This document shows, one piece after another, positions 8,753 to 19,051 of a stretch of 64,000 nucleotides of DNA. The position numbers and the translations under genes are program-made. The DNA comes from a virus, in IMG/VR virus record IMGVR_UViG_3300037475_000240, positions 62,876 through 126,875 of that record. The stretch is one strand, 5' to 3'. The notes below the pieces were generated by a model. It did not search any database, had not been told where the DNA came from, and worked only from the letters and a program-made list of their open reading frames with translations. How positions within the stretch are numbered: position 1 is the first letter of the stretch; each line of letters opens with the position of its first letter.

Positions 8753-11355
8753 TTAACTTTCTCTCCAGATTCAAGTTCTATTTCTACTAAAGGTAGAAAG
8801 CCATGATCATATTTATTAATAATTTCTACTAAAATATTTTCTTTTGTTTGTTCATCACGAGATTGAATCCAATCACCAATTTGAACATCTTGTAATGTTT
8901 TGGTAGATTTAAAATTACCTTCTGAATCATATATATCAACTGTTTCAGAAAACAACACCGACTGGTTAAAACCATAACCCTGAAACTTTTCAACTACTTC
9001 ATCCCAAATACGTTTAGCAATTTCTTCATTTACTCCACATTTTACAGAATCTGTAATAAATTCTAATCTCCATTGCTGAGCCTTCTTAGGATTCTTTCCC
9101 TTTTCTTTAGTTAATTTTCTGAGTCGATCTGCTGAATGCAAACTCCAGCCCGCAATATCTTGCGCAAGATACATAAGAGACTCTTCATATAATCCGAATC
9201 CAAAAGTATTATTAAACGCTCTTGCCAAATTAGGATGTAATAAACTAAATTTCTTTCTACCATCTTTGGTAGCAATAAAATCTTCTCTCATATCACGAGC
9301 TGATGGTCTTGCCAAAGAGTTAATGTAGCTAATATCATTTACTGATTTTGGTTTAATTTTTCTACACAAATCAATAGTTCCACCTGAAGTTCCTAATTGA
9401 AATACACAAAATGTATCTCCTTTAGAAATTAAATCATATGATTCTTGATCATAAGTATCATAGCTTAGCGCATCTAAAGGTGAAGCATCCTTGCCCGAAG
9501 CTTTAATTAATTTAATTGTCTGTCCAATAATATCCAGTGTAGATAATCCTAAAGTATCCATTTTTACTAAGCCGTTTTCTTCAGCTTTATCTTTATCATA
9601 TTCAAGAGCTAATGAACCATCTTTATCTCGACGTAGTGGAATTAATCCAGTTAATGGGCGTGCTGAAATAATAATACCACCAGCATGTGTCGACCAAGCT
9701 CTAAATTTACCGCAAATACTTTTATATTTTTCTAACTGAGGATATTTTTTTACATATTCTGTAAATAATGGAACTTTAATTAAAGCTTCATCAATAGACT
9801 TAATGTCTGCTGGTAAACAATCGGCAACATCAGTTCCTATCTTAACAGCATCTTCACGTGATCCACCCAACTCACATGACCTTGAAATGTCTCGGGCATA
9901 AACTTTGGGCGTAATAGTATTGACGTTTGAAACGTGAGCTACGTGATCTTCGCCATATTTTTTTCTTAAATATTCTTGTACGAGCGCGCGACCAGATGGA
10001 GCAAAATCTGTATCAATATCTGGAAAGCTTGATTTTTCTTTATTATGAAATCTAGCAAAAATTAAACTATACTTAATTGGATCTGCTTGGTGGATACCTA
10101 ATAAATAAGCAATAAGAGATCCTCCAACAGAACCTCGACCTTCGCCAACAGCAATATTATTTTTTCTCGCCCAATTAATATAATCAGCAACAATTAACAT
10201 ATAACTGGAAAAATCGTGGAACTCTAATACATCAAGTTCTTCTGCGACTCTATCATCATATATTTTTTTATCTTCTATAGTTTGTTCACCTATTCTAGCA
10301 AAATAAGATTTTTCACATTGAAATCTTAAATAAAGTTTATCATCAGCTAATTGTTTTATTTGCTCAATTTGACTATTTCTCCAATTAAGAAAATCTGCAT
10401 AGTCGGGTTCATCTTTGAAAGGGAAAATAGGTAACTCTTTTCCAGAAGGATTAGAAAACTTCGGGTCGATCCAATCCGGAAATTCACAGAGGCTAGCAAA
10501 ATGAATAGTATTCTCGCACAAATTTTTGGAGAAACCTTCACCATATAATGTATCATAGTTTCTGGCAAAAAATGCTTCAACTTCATCTCCAGTTTTTAAA
10601 TAAAATTCAGAAACAGGATATTTTAATCTAAAATTAGAATATACTGGCTGATGCGAGCCGATCGCCAAAAGCACATCATGAACTTCATGATCTTCTTTAT
10701 TAAGATAGTGTGCATTACATGCTGGCACAATCTTAATATTGTGTTGCAGACCCAGCTTAATTAATTGTCTATTTAAAAAGAACTGATCGATTTCATCAGT
10801 AAAAATATTTCCGCCACGTTTCATATTATTTGGTTGAACTTCAATTCCTAAATTATCTCCAAATAAATCTTTTAATCTTAATAAGGCTTTTTCGGCTTCT
10901 TCACTTTTACCATTATTTAACAGCTGAGAAACGATACCGTTTCCACACGCAGTTAAACAAAGCATACCTTCTTTATATTGCTCTAATAATTTCCAATCAA
11001 CCAAAGGATAAACTCTTTTGCCTAAAAATGAGCCTTGATCGAAAGCTTTTTTATTAATAGTTAATAAATTTCGATATCCCTCTGCGTTCTTTGCTAATAA
11101 AATGATGTGCCTAAATTTGCCTTCAATGTTTGAAGCATCATCCACGAAATAACATTCACAGCCCATAATTAACTTAACACCAGTTTCTCTGGAAGCTTTA
11201 AGTGCATCCCAAGCAGCAGCTAAGGTACCATGATCAGTAATTGCAATTGCAGTTTGACCTAAATCTTTAGCCTTTTTAAAAAGATCTTTTGTTGAAATAG
11301 TAGAATCTAGAATAGAATAATCAGTTTGATTGTGCAATGATACAAAATCAGTCAT
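8623..11355 (-). CDS. dnaE: DNA polymerase III alpha, N-terminal half, fused to split-intein IntN
   Basis: PHP domain (HNQTDYS, AITDHG), GRGSVGGSL, FPDIDTDF, STHAGG, GLVKMDTLGL; extein ends GYGFNQ. Confidence 0.95.
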   Translation of the reverse strand: MTDFVSLHNQTDYSILDSTISTKDLFKKAKDLGQTAIAITDHGTLAAAWDALKASRETGVKLIMGCECYFVDDASNIEGKFRHIILLAKNAEGYRNLLTINKKAFDQGSFLGKRVYPLVDWKLLEQYKEGMLCLTACGNGIVSQLLNNGKSEEAEKALLRLKDLFGDNLGIEVQPNNMKRGGNIFTDEIDQFFLNRQLIKLGLQHNIKIVPACNAHYLNKEDHEVHDVLLAIGSHQPVYSNFRLKYPVSEFYLKTGDEVEAFFARNYDTLYGEGFSKNLCENTIHFASLCEFPDWIDPKFSNPSGKELPIFPFKDEPDYADFLNWRNSQIEQIKQLADDKLYLRFQCEKSYFARIGEQTIEDKKIYDDRVAEELDVLEFHDFSSYMLIVADYINWARKNNIAVGEGRGSVGGSLIAYLLGIHQADPIKYSLIFARFHNKEKSSFPDIDTDFAPSGRALVQEYLRKKYGEDHVAHVSNVNTITPKVYARDISRSCELGGSREDAVKIGTDVADCLPADIKSIDEALIKVPLFTEYVKKYPQLEKYKSICGKFRAWSTHAGGIIISARPLTGLIPLRRDKDGSLALEYDKDKAEENGLVKMDTLGLSTLDIIGQTIKLIKASGKDASPLDALSYDTYDQESYDLISKGDTFCVFQLGTSGGTIDLCRKIKPKSVNDISYINSLARPSARDMREDFIATKDGRKKFSLLHPNLARAFNNTFGFGLYEESLMYLAQDIAGWSLHSADRLRKLTKEKGKNPKKAQQWRLEFITDSVKCGVNEEIAKRIWDEVVEKFQGYGFNQSVLFSETVDIYDSEGNFKSTKTLQDVQIGDWIQSRDEQTKENILVEIINKYDHGFLPLVEIELESGEKVKCTMSHKFRVEESGEMLPLWKIIKEDLTIIVNIATINVDQKTQ
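8626..8961 (-). mobile_element. Split intein N-fragment (112 aa, Ser1)
   Basis: Starts SVLFSETVDI right after GYGFNQ; block B ELESGEKVKCTMSHKF (TxxH). Confidence 0.88.
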
Positions 11356-11457
11356 AGTACTTCCTTGCTGTCAAGTATTATAATAAATCACATCTGGCTC
11401 ATTCAAAGAGCACTAACACTTAAGGATAAGTGTCGTGTGTTTGTTAGAGAATACAAT

Positions 11458-12120
11458 TTAGAGTGACATAATAGATTTTAATTTTTTATTGTCAACGTTG
11501 CCGTAATTATCTGAAATATAATCAATTAACTTAAATTGCTCTTTCCAAAAAGATTTATTTTTAGAATTTTTGCAAAGTAAAGATTTTAGATCAGAATAGT
11601 ATAATCTTTTTTTATTAAACAAAGAATGAGATACAAGAGTTACGTCGTCCCAATATTGTTCTAAAATATTGGAGCAATCTTTAATCATTTTTTGTTTAAA
11701 AGCATATCTTTTTTTTCCTGCTGGTGCAAGATTATATTTTCTAATGAATTCTGAGGCTTCTGAAATATCATCTTCTGACCCATCTTTTAAGAACTTAGGA
11801 AACTTATCAGATCCACTAATAGATTTAAAATAATATCTTTCAGCACAATTTCCTGCATAACATAATCCAATTTCAGATTTTAACCAATAATTGAATAATG
11901 TCATGTCTTCTGTAGATTCTTCGAAGACAGCCTCGTAATTCGTGGTTCCTTCACCTCTAGAACTTTTAGAGTTGTTAAAGACGGTTACAGAACCAATTTT
12001 CATGAAATGAAGTAATCCATAAATAGTATGACCAGACTCATGATAAGATACAGCAATAAGTTCGTGGGTTTTAGTCACCTTTTTACGAAGATTATTGATG
12101 GATCCTGAACCATTTGACAT
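11458..12120 (-). CDS. M41-like zinc metallopeptidase domain protein
   Basis: AVSYHESGH (HExxH), AGNCAE, GSEDDI. Confidence 0.65.
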   Translation of the reverse strand: MSNGSGSINNLRKKVTKTHELIAVSYHESGHTIYGLLHFMKIGSVTVFNNSKSSRGEGTTNYEAVFEESTEDMTLFNYWLKSEIGLCYAGNCAERYYFKSISGSDKFPKFLKDGSEDDISEASEFIRKYNLAPAGKKRYAFKQKMIKDCSNILEQYWDDVTLVSHSLFNKKRLYYSDLKSLLCKNSKNKSFWKEQFKLIDYISDNYGNVDNKKLKSIMSL

Positions 12121-12123
12121 GAT

Positions 12124-12402
12124 TTATCCTATTGTTTGCATTAACACCTCAAAATCAGTTATTTTTTGCTCACAATTAGCATTTTTACACTTAACTTGGA
12201 GGCGATCAGATCCAAGCGGACCCGTTACTATTAAGTCCAAATTATCGGCATATAATATACCTGCCTGTGTAAAATGTTTCGCCTCATTGAACCCTAAATC
12301 AACAAAAGCCTTTAAATGTTCAACAGTTAGCGGCTCTCCAACTTTAAAAATTACTGAGGTTTTACCACAACAAGCTTGTACAGTAAATCGCTCGGTCTTC
12401 AT
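12124..12402 (-). CDS. Hypothetical protein
   Basis: 92-aa ORF directly after the upstream TAA. Confidence 0.6.
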   Translation of the reverse strand: MKTERFTVQACCGKTSVIFKVGEPLTVEHLKAFVDLGFNEAKHFTQAGILYADNLDLIVTGPLGSDRLQVKCKNANCEQKITDFEVLMQTIG

Positions 12403-12717
12403 TTAGTCTGAATCCTTATTATCTAAATCTTCTCCCTTGCCTTCAAGTAAGAAAAGAGCATATTTAATTTTAGCAGTTTGAGCCTTAATGGCATCTCTAT
12501 ATGGTGCAGAGTATTCTTTTACTAACTCTTTTGCTCCATTAAGTTTGGTATCATCATTTTTTTCTTTTTCAACTGTATAAATATTACCTTCGCAAGTAAC
12601 AATAATTTTTTTCAAATCATCGGCACTAGCAGCATCAGCAATATCTTTAAACTCTGGCAAATCTTTTAATACTTTTGCCCACTTCTCTGGAAATGTTACT
12701 GGATCATTATCGCTCAT
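12403..12717 (-). CDS. Hypothetical helical protein
   Basis: 104 aa, AAGGA RBS. Confidence 0.65.
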   Translation of the reverse strand: MSDNDPVTFPEKWAKVLKDLPEFKDIADAASADDLKKIIVTCEGNIYTVEKEKNDDTKLNGAKELVKEYSAPYRDAIKAQTAKIKYALFLLEGKGEDLDNKDSD

Positions 12718-12730
12718 ATTTTATTTTCCT

Positions 12731-13978
12731 TTATTGTACAATGTTTACATTTTTTGCAACAAAATCTAATGTATATTCATCTTTAATTCTAGAGAATAGA
12801 ATTTGTAAATATCCTGTTCGATTTGCTTCTTTTATAATTTCATCTACTGATTTATCAGTCCTAGATTTTGCTATATTTGCTTTAATCATATCAAATACTT
12901 CTTGATCGCTTAATTGAGCTTCTGGTTCTTCTTCTCTAATTTTATCTAGAACAAGAGACAATTTACAATTCTTTTCAGCTAATGCTAAGAATCTTTCTTT
13001 ATCTTCATCCGGACAAGTTTCCCAATTTAAACTAGATTGATGTGCTAAATATTGTGCTTCAGATAATGAAATCCAATTAGGCACATCAATTTTATTATCA
13101 TCAATTAATCTGTAACTAATTGCCTCCATAAGAGCTGCTCGTTCGCCCTCAACACTCTTAGCTACGGCAATACCATTAACATATTCTCTTAACTCTTCTA
13201 TATTATTTTTTTGTAACTTGACTGCCAACTGATCATCTAAAGGACAAGGAATATTTTTTGATCCCATATTTAAAGTCACTTTAAATTTTACAGTTTTACC
13301 TTTTAACGAAGGTAATCCATCTTCTGGCACAATAATATCAAACTCTCTAACATCACCAATTACCATACCTAATAAATTAGAATCAAATTCTTTGAGTTGA
13401 CTAAATCCTACTGTAAGCATTTCTCCCTCAGCAACCAAAGATTCTACTTTCTCTCCGTCAACAGAACCTTCATAATCTAAAATTACGGTATCTCCATCTT
13501 GAACAAAATCTGTCTCTGTATATGGATTAGTTTCACCTAAACGAACTCTAAGATCTTGCAGCATTTTCTCTGAAAACTCTAAGGCAGATCCTCTTGAAGA
13601 AGGCTTTGGAATATCTATCCCTTTGAAAGGGACAAGTTCAAAGGTAGGTTTAGTTAAAACTTCAAATTCACAAGTAAATTTTCCATCTGCCAAAAGAGCT
13701 GAATTAAACTTGGGCGCCCCATGTGGTTTAATCTTTTTCTCAAAAAGAGTGTTATGGTAAGCATCTTCAGCAAGCGCGCGCTTCAGAGACTCTTCGATTT
13801 GAGTATTGTAATGTCTTTTAATAGCATCAACGCTTGCCTTTCCCTTACGAAAGCCTGGGACTGGTGCCTTCTTAAACGAAGTTATAATTTCGCCTCGTTT
13901 ATTTAAAATTTGCTCGGCATCTGCCTCATAAACAACTGATAGCTTGCACGGTTCTAATTCTGTGACTTGAATTTGCAT
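12731..13978 (-). CDS. tig: Trigger factor
   Basis: VPGFRKGKA ribosome-binding motif; FKBP region GDTVILDYEG; typical length. Confidence 0.92.
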   Translation of the reverse strand: MQIQVTELEPCKLSVVYEADAEQILNKRGEIITSFKKAPVPGFRKGKASVDAIKRHYNTQIEESLKRALAEDAYHNTLFEKKIKPHGAPKFNSALLADGKFTCEFEVLTKPTFELVPFKGIDIPKPSSRGSALEFSEKMLQDLRVRLGETNPYTETDFVQDGDTVILDYEGSVDGEKVESLVAEGEMLTVGFSQLKEFDSNLLGMVIGDVREFDIIVPEDGLPSLKGKTVKFKVTLNMGSKNIPCPLDDQLAVKLQKNNIEELREYVNGIAVAKSVEGERAALMEAISYRLIDDNKIDVPNWISLSEAQYLAHQSSLNWETCPDEDKERFLALAEKNCKLSLVLDKIREEEPEAQLSDQEVFDMIKANIAKSRTDKSVDEIIKEANRTGYLQILFSRIKDEYTLDFVAKNVNIVQ

Positions 13979-13987
13979 TTTATTTCC

Positions 13988-14782
13988 TTACCAATTTACT
14001 TCACCATTAAAAATATTTGCTCTTTTTTGTCCTGGTTCACATATATTTACATATGAACAATATGCGCACAATGCAGAAACTGTTGGCTTATATTCAGTTT
14101 CATTTAAAATCTTTTCACTATATTCAAGATAAAGATCTTTTGCTTTCATAGCATCTTCTCTTGTATACTCATATGTAACATACTCAAAGTCATGTCTTAA
14201 TAAAATATATGAACATCTAACTTTTTCTGCATCCGGATATTCTTGAGATAACATATAATAAGCATATGTTAATAATTGAAGATCATTATTCTTCAAATAT
14301 TTTTTGTTTTTTATCGTTTTATAATCTCCAACGTGAATGATACCATCGTCATCAAGCTGTACTCTGTCAATCATTCCGTTTAAAATAAGATTTGGAGCGC
14401 ATTCAAATTCAAATCTTTTTTCACAAGACAAAACATTTGCTGATAAATTATTTTTCTTATCATCAGATACTATTTTCAAATATTGATTAATAATATCAAA
14501 ACATTCTTTTTTCATTTCAGAGGTCATTTTTTCTTTGTACTCAACTAAAGTATCTTTAAATGCTTTAGACATAACTACATTATATTTTTCTTGAGATCCT
14601 GCCAAATATGCTAAATGAAAATCTTCTAATACTTTATGACAAAACTTACCAAAAATAGTATAAGTATTATCTTTTTGCGGCATCTTTAAAACATATGAAA
14701 ACTTATATTTTGCTTGACAATCTAAATATGTTTTAGTTTTTGATACAGATAAGCGCAAGTCTTTTTTTAATTCTTCTGTCAT
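13988..14782 (-). CDS. PD-(D/E)XK nuclease (RecB/Cas4-like)
   Basis: LSVSK...C...FGKFCHKVLE; GMIDRV, GDYKT, QLLTY; C-terminal CxxCxxxxxC. Confidence 0.85.
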   Translation of the reverse strand: MTEELKKDLRLSVSKTKTYLDCQAKYKFSYVLKMPQKDNTYTIFGKFCHKVLEDFHLAYLAGSQEKYNVVMSKAFKDTLVEYKEKMTSEMKKECFDIINQYLKIVSDDKKNNLSANVLSCEKRFEFECAPNLILNGMIDRVQLDDDGIIHVGDYKTIKNKKYLKNNDLQLLTYAYYMLSQEYPDAEKVRCSYILLRHDFEYVTYEYTREDAMKAKDLYLEYSEKILNETEYKPTVSALCAYCSYVNICEPGQKRANIFNGEVNW

Positions 14783-14888
14783 TTAATTCTAATTTTGTTT
14801 GAGTGTACAGAATATATATCCTGCGTCAAATAAAAACTAATAATTTCGTAATTTTATCTAAAAATTCATCTACGTTATTTTTATAAAA

Positions 14889-15881
14889 TTAAAACAAATG
14901 TCTTCTTTGAAATTTTATCCACTCGAATACATATTTTGCTCCTGGCTGACTATTGCCGGAACTAAACATTCCTGCCATATTACCATCCCAAGTACCGGTT
15001 GGTTGATATGGAGATTTAGATATAATCCATCTATTAGATGAAGAGTCAAAATAATAATATGTGATGGTATTATCTCTTGGATTATAATGAGATCTTAAAA
15101 AGGCGCCGGTTGCTGCTGGTGCATCAATAGCAGTAGTAAAAAAAGCACTTCCATCTCGAGCACGTTCAGGATTTTCTAAACTAAAAAATTGCCTATTAAT
15201 ATTAGGCGGATCATTAGGATCTTCATTAGCAAAGTCTTGAAAAATAACTAAAGCTTTAGGATTAAACATATTACTAAATTGCTCAACTTCTTCGGGTGGA
15301 GCTGGTGAAACTTCTACATTTACATTTCCAGGCAATGTTCCGATTCCACGACCCATTTCACCTTGAGCATTAGTAGTACTATATACAATACTATAATTTT
15401 CAGTATTATATGGCTCATTAGTAAAAGCTGCTGGATAACCATCAGCATCAAAAGCATTTGAATTTGTATTTAAACTTGGATTATCAACTGTAATACCTGC
15501 ATCACCAGGACTTAAAAATTCGCCTGTTGGTTGCGATTCATTTGTTCCAAATGGATACAAAGCCTCTCCAGCCGCACCAACTGGTTGAGTAGTTGCAGAA
15601 TGAGGTAGTCTTGTATTATCTAACATATTAGTTTGATATGTTTCTTCTATAATAGGAGAGAAATCAGAACCATTTGTTGCTAACACTTTTAGTGTAATTG
15701 AAATTGTAGAATTTGGAATAGCAATTGGTGAAATATAAATATCAGAAGAAAGTGTTGGGTCTGTACCATCTAAAGTATAAAATATACTGCTAGGAATATT
15801 TGTAGAAATAGCAACAGTTCTAGGTACTCCTGAAACTACTTGTTCTTCTGATGCTGTGATGGTAACACTAATTACTGCCAT
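14889..15881 (-). CDS. Fn3-associated domain protein, probably virion structural
   Basis: IFYTLDGTDPT...Y..PI motif; acidic, Pro/Thr-rich. Confidence 0.55.
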   Translation of the reverse strand: MAVISVTITASEEQVVSGVPRTVAISTNIPSSIFYTLDGTDPTLSSDIYISPIAIPNSTISITLKVLATNGSDFSPIIEETYQTNMLDNTRLPHSATTQPVGAAGEALYPFGTNESQPTGEFLSPGDAGITVDNPSLNTNSNAFDADGYPAAFTNEPYNTENYSIVYSTTNAQGEMGRGIGTLPGNVNVEVSPAPPEEVEQFSNMFNPKALVIFQDFANEDPNDPPNINRQFFSLENPERARDGSAFFTTAIDAPAATGAFLRSHYNPRDNTITYYYFDSSSNRWIISKSPYQPTGTWDGNMAGMFSSGNSQPGAKYVFEWIKFQRRHLF

Positions 15882-15882
15882 T

Positions 15883-16200
15883 TTAAACCAAAGTTAGAAA
15901 TTTTCTATTAGGAGAAGTCATATCTTTTTTCAACATGATTCTATATATTTTGTGGGCAACTTTTCTAAACAATTTAGCTAGTTCGAGATAAATCTCATCA
16001 CCCTCTCTTCTATACAGAATTATGAACTTATCATGACATTCTATAAACTCTAAATTGGGTAAAATTCCTTTATAATTATCTTTTTCTATTAAAACAAGCT
16101 TGTTTAAAGCATAAACTAATAGGTGTCTATAAAACTTATATGGTCCTATTTCTTTATATTTGGATACAAATTGTACTTTTAAAATATCTACATCTGACAT
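15883..16200 (-). CDS. Hypothetical protein
   Basis: 105-aa ORF. Confidence 0.55.
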   Translation of the reverse strand: MSDVDILKVQFVSKYKEIGPYKFYRHLLVYALNKLVLIEKDNYKGILPNLEFIECHDKFIILYRREGDEIYLELAKLFRKVAHKIYRIMLKKDMTSPNRKFLTLV

Positions 16201-16225
16201 TTTATAATATGCAAAAATATACTTA

Positions 16226-16807
16226 TTATAATGCTAATTTTATTTTAGCTACTATATTATTAGCTTCAGACTTAAGATCAGTCAATGTCCCATTATTATG
16301 AATAATATAATCAAAATCTTTGTCTAAAATTTGATCTTGTGTTTCACTAAGATGATTAATAACAGGAGAATCATTTCTATATAATCTAATAAGCAAAAAA
16401 TCTTTATTTTTAAGATAATCTAACTCATTTTTAAATCTTAAATCTGGAACAATAAATAAACATTTTCTTACATTATAAGAATCTATTTCTTTTAATTTTT
16501 GATCAAAAGCTTTAATCCAAATTTCATTATCATATTCTCGGGCAGCAGATCCTATATCTATTAATAATTGTCTAACAGATAATGGCTGATTATTCTTAAT
16601 GGCTCCCTCAATTAATTCTTTTCTAAAGGAAGATGAACCAAATAAATGTTTTTTAGGAATGTGCGGAAACATTATCTTTGCTATTTTTTTAATAGGGTCT
16701 GCGAAAGCTACCTGATAACTGCTATCATAACTAATTTGTTTAATAAGCAATTTTGCTAAAGCATTTTTTCCAGAATTTGCTTTTCCGCATATAGCTATTT
16801 TAATCAT
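16226..16807 (-). CDS. Deoxynucleoside monophosphate kinase
   Basis: ICGKANSGK, FADPIK, RQLLIDIG, DLRFKNE, HLSE. Confidence 0.85.
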   Translation of the reverse strand: MIKIAICGKANSGKNALAKLLIKQISYDSSYQVAFADPIKKIAKIMFPHIPKKHLFGSSSFRKELIEGAIKNNQPLSVRQLLIDIGSAAREYDNEIWIKAFDQKLKEIDSYNVRKCLFIVPDLRFKNELDYLKNKDFLLIRLYRNDSPVINHLSETQDQILDKDFDYIIHNNGTLTDLKSEANNIVAKIKLAL

Positions 16808-16816
16808 AAAAATTCC

Positions 16817-19051
16817 TTACCATGATGAAACCACTCTTGCTCTTGATATCATATTTATATCTTGCTCAACTAAGATAGCATGTGAGAATTTATCTTTCAA
16901 TCTATCGTTGTGAGTAATAACTAGAATAGTATAGTCTTTTTGAAAAAACTTAACTATATCTGCAAAAGCATCAACACTTGCTTTATCTAAAGATTGATCT
17001 ATCTCATCTAACATCAAAAACTTAATATCTGTACCAATACTCTTTTGAAGTAAAAATGATAATCCTAATTTTAGACTAAAAGTAATAGCAATTTTTTGAG
17101 CACCAGAAAGTTGTTCATAATATCTTTCTTTGCCATTAATATGATAATTAATTTCTAAAGTATCAGCTAAGTCACCCGTTTTTTCAACCGTTTTTTCTAC
17201 AAAGAAAGAAAGTTGAAGTCCAGGTTTTAATTGAGTTAATAAATTGTTAGCCTCTACTTGTAAATCATCTAATACGTTTTGAATTATTAGATTTGGTATT
17301 CCAGTAGTAGAGAATCCATGAATAACATCTGGATACATGTTTACTTTAGCATCAAGCTTAATAAGTTCTTCTTTTATTTCTTTGATCTTTATTTTGTCTT
17401 TAATTTTTTGATCAATGTTATGTTGAATAACCGCTTTACTACTAGTTGCTTGAGTAAGATCTTTATTTAAAGAATTAACTTTAATGTTAAAAACATGTGA
17501 TTCTTGTTTTAAAATTTCAATATTTTTCTTGACTGTTTCCGCTTCAATCATTGAAGAATTTTTTAAATCTTCTTCAGCTACTTCTAATTCACCAGTCTTG
17601 GCAAGTAAATCAGCTTTAAATTTATCTAATAAATTAGAGTATTCTGAGTGTAAAGTTTTTTTATCTTGAATTTCTTTATTCTTTGAAGAAATATTTGTAT
17701 TAATAGTCTCTAATTGTTTTTTGGATAAACTTAAAGAGTTAATGGTTTGTTGAGATTTTTGAACATCATCATTAATATATTTAATTTCTTTTTTTGACGA
17801 TTCAATTATTTTTTGACAATTGGCAAGCTCTAAATCAATTTGTCTTTTACATTCTTCTCGATGTTCTTCTGTAGAGACTTGACGACAATGTCTGCATACA
17901 CTATCATCTGGTAAAGGAATTTTTAATTCCTCATATTGATCTAATGTATTTTTAATTAAAACATTAAGATGAGTTAATCTTTCTTTTTTTGTAGAGATAT
18001 CTTCATTAATAATATCAATTTGAGAATAATCTATTTCAACTAATCTTTTTTGATTTTCTTTTAATAAATTAATTTGATCTAATATCTCTTTAGCTGTTCT
18101 AGAGGCATTTGCTTTTTTAGACGTATATTCTTTTACAGATATTTCTAATTTCAATTTTTCATTTAAAATAGTTTGTTTTTTTGTAAGCAAACCAGAAAAT
18201 TTACTCTCTAAATTAGAATGTGTAACGGTTAATTCATTAATTTTAATATTTAAATCAGAGATATATGATTTAACTTTATTTAAATCATCAGTTTTATCCA
18301 TTATTAATTTATCTAAAGTTACTATTTGACTCTCAAACATTTTAATATCTTCTTTAGGATTACCTAAAGTATCTAATATTGTTTTTAATTTATCAATATC
18401 TTTTGATAAAAAATTAAATTTATCCTTTGCCATTTTTTCTAACTTAGAATAAATCATAATATTTAAAGCATCTTTAAGAATACTTTTTCTTTTTTCTGGT
18501 GTTGAGGTGGCGAGCCCCCCAAAATCATTTTGAATAAAGTGAATCGTACTTCTAAACGATTTGTAGTTAATTTTAATTAACTTATCTAAATCTCTTTCAG
18601 TATCAGATGCTCTAGATCCAGATAAATCTTTCCAGAATTTATTATCTTTGTTGATAATATTTGGTTTATAAATTTCTTCAGAATTATCAACTAAAGTATG
18701 ATATGCTTCTTCTTCAGATCCTGATTCTTTTGTTCTAATATAAAGAGAAAAATCTGTGCTTTTTTTGGTGCGCTTTCTAGAAATTCTATATTCATCATCA
18801 CCAATAGTAAAATCAAGAACAACCATACAAGAATCACATCCATCTCTAATTATTTTCTCTAAATTAACATCAGCTTGGTTAAATAAAACATATTCTAAAG
18901 CTTTAAAAATGGTGGTCTTACCAACGCCATTTGAATAAAGATCATTATTATCTACTTTACCAACAATTAAAGCAGTACTGAATTTAGTAAAATCAATATA
19001 ACTAACTTCATGGCACATGAAGTTTTCCAAATATAATCTAAGAGGTATCAC
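16817..19051 (-). CDS. sbcC: SbcC/Rad50 (gp46-like) ATPase
   Basis: NGVGKTT, CRHC zinc hook, LSGAQ signature, MLDE, VITH. Confidence 0.9.
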   Translation of the reverse strand: MIPLRLYLENFMCHEVSYIDFTKFSTALIVGKVDNNDLYSNGVGKTTIFKALEYVLFNQADVNLEKIIRDGCDSCMVVLDFTIGDDEYRISRKRTKKSTDFSLYIRTKESGSEEEAYHTLVDNSEEIYKPNIINKDNKFWKDLSGSRASDTERDLDKLIKINYKSFRSTIHFIQNDFGGLATSTPEKRKSILKDALNIMIYSKLEKMAKDKFNFLSKDIDKLKTILDTLGNPKEDIKMFESQIVTLDKLIMDKTDDLNKVKSYISDLNIKINELTVTHSNLESKFSGLLTKKQTILNEKLKLEISVKEYTSKKANASRTAKEILDQINLLKENQKRLVEIDYSQIDIINEDISTKKERLTHLNVLIKNTLDQYEELKIPLPDDSVCRHCRQVSTEEHREECKRQIDLELANCQKIIESSKKEIKYINDDVQKSQQTINSLSLSKKQLETINTNISSKNKEIQDKKTLHSEYSNLLDKFKADLLAKTGELEVAEEDLKNSSMIEAETVKKNIEILKQESHVFNIKVNSLNKDLTQATSSKAVIQHNIDQKIKDKIKIKEIKEELIKLDAKVNMYPDVIHGFSTTGIPNLIIQNVLDDLQVEANNLLTQLKPGLQLSFFVEKTVEKTGDLADTLEINYHINGKERYYEQLSGAQKIAITFSLKLGLSFLLQKSIGTDIKFLMLDEIDQSLDKASVDAFADIVKFFQKDYTILVITHNDRLKDKFSHAILVEQDINMISRARVVSSW

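Noticed and set aside
13988-14782. CRISPR-Cas locus suggested by the Cas4-like nuclease
   Set aside because: No repeat-spacer array or other cas genes seen.
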